From the NCBI GenBank assembly GCA_027064305.1, contig JAMOPY010000013.1:1-14593 (forward strand): 14,593 nt of DNA, read 5' to 3'. Source of the DNA: Methanobacteriota archaeon (GTDB lineage: Archaea; JAADCQ01; Methanopyri; Methanopyrales; Methanopyraceae). Below are positions 13,619-14,593 of this stretch, piece by piece (position 1 is the stretch's first letter; each line of letters opens with the position of its first letter). Below the pieces are notes generated by a model. It did not search any database. It saw only the letters and a list, made by a program, of their open reading frames with translations, and was not told the origin of the DNA. A program made the position numbers and the translations under genes.

Positions 13619-14593
13619 CGCGGCGGCGAAGTAGGAGCACCAGGACGGGCAGGTGGACGAAGGGTCCGGTGGGCGCGCGATCGAGGGGCTCCCCGGGCCG
13701 AGCGGCCCTGGAGGCCCGGTCACCCGTTCCGCCGTTCCGGGCCCCGTTCGTTCCCTTCCTCTCCTCGCTCACCTTCTTCCTCGCCTCCTTCACCTCCGGG
13801 GATTCCTCCGATCTCGCGCTCCCGCCCTGGGGCCGCCCGGTGGGGGCGCTGCGCGTTCGAACCCCGGTGCCCCCTCGGGTCGAAGCGGTTCGAGCCGCCT
13901 TTTCGGCCTGGGCGGGTCCGGGGTGAGTCTCGGACCTCGCGACCTTGGCGCGGCCCGCGCTCGAGCCTCCGCTGGCGCTCGGCGTGGCGCGGTGTCGGCC
14001 TCCCACCACCCTAGGGTACCGCTCGTTCACCGCTCGGGCGAGCTCCTGGGCCGCGTCGAGCAGCGACCTCAGGTACCTCTTCACCAGGTCGGGGTTCCTC
14101 CATCCCTGCAGGGCCGCGTAGAGGGCCGCGTCGTTCCAGGCCAGTTGGACCACCCGGTCGAGGCGGCGCTCCAGCTCCCGGTCCACGAGTCCCCGTTCCA
14201 GGAGCCGGCTCAGCCGGTCGTCGACGCTCCTGAGGGTTTCCAGGTATCGCTCGTATAGGTGCCGAACCTCCGGGTCCACCTGCAGGTCGCGGATCGGCGC
14301 GTACCCCTCGTACCGGAGGGCGCGCTCGTAGCTCGGGATGGGGAGCTCGATCGAGCGGTACGAGTCCAGGTCCTTCACCACCCGTTTGGGGTCGGCGAGC
14401 TCGATCCTGGCGGTCAGCCCGTTCGCCCGCAGGGTAACGCCCCGCTTGAGCCGTTCCAGGAAGGATTCGAACTCCGACAGCGTCGCGTCGCTCATCTGCC
14501 ACGGTTCGAGCAGCACCCACACCACCAGCCGGTCGCCGTCCCGCACCAGGCCCGATCGTAGGAGCAGCTCGAGGCCCCGCTCGAGCCGGGAGA
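13605..14593 (-). CDS. Hypothetical surface protein, 3' part (frame open to the right edge), with low-complexity linker and hydrophobic+RRR tail
   Basis: No stop in frame between 14546 and the window end (..SRLERGLELLLRSGLVRDGD..). Long G/S/R/T/A-rich linker, then GPFVHLPVLVLLLRRRVRTG. Overlaps the deacetylase 3' end by 14 bp. Confidence 0.75.
   Translation of the reverse strand, partial: SRLERGLELLLRSGLVRDGDRLVVWVLLEPWQMSDATLSEFESFLERLKRGVTLRANGLTARIELADPKRVVKDLDSYRSIELPIPSYERALRYEGYAPIRDLQVDPEVRHLYERYLETLRSVDDRLSRLLERGLVDRELERRLDRVVQLAWNDAALYAALQGWRNPDLVKRYLRSLLDAAQELARAVNERYPRVVGGRHRATPSASGGSSAGRAKVARSETHPGPAQAEKAARTASTRGGTGVRTRSAPTGRPQGGSARSEESPEVKEARKKVSEERKGTNGARNGGTGDRASRAARPGEPLDRAPTGPFVHLPVLVLLLRRRVRTG

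Overview
GC-rich archaeal DNA, most likely Methanopyrus. Evidence: a tRNA gene with C at position 8 and encoded CCA, a pseudomurein-type Mur ligase, Elp3, and mostly GTG/TTG starts with GGTGA/GGGG Shine-Dalgarno motifs. Left (1-3653): three exported proteins. These are a partial, possibly CobN-like protein, a QW-repeat alpha/alpha-barrel protein, and a CbiX/CbiK chelatase-fold protein on a coiled-coil stalk; the two complete ones end in a shared P-V-x-P / short hydrophobic / RRR tail. Middle (3714-9289): a catalytically degenerate enolase-superfamily gene divergent from a tightly coupled operon (Mur ligase, hydantoinase B/oxoprolinase, MazG-like, amidohydrolase, Usp), all within a strongly G-skewed tract. 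Right (9286-14593): elp3, a small site-2 protease, tRNA-Thr(GGT), a TtcA/TtuA-like PP-loop enzyme, a candidate C/D box sRNA, a Zn-dependent deacetylase, and the 3' part of another tail-bearing protein. A 25-bp palindromic element recurs at two convergent junctions. All family calls come from motifs read by eye; no searches were run.
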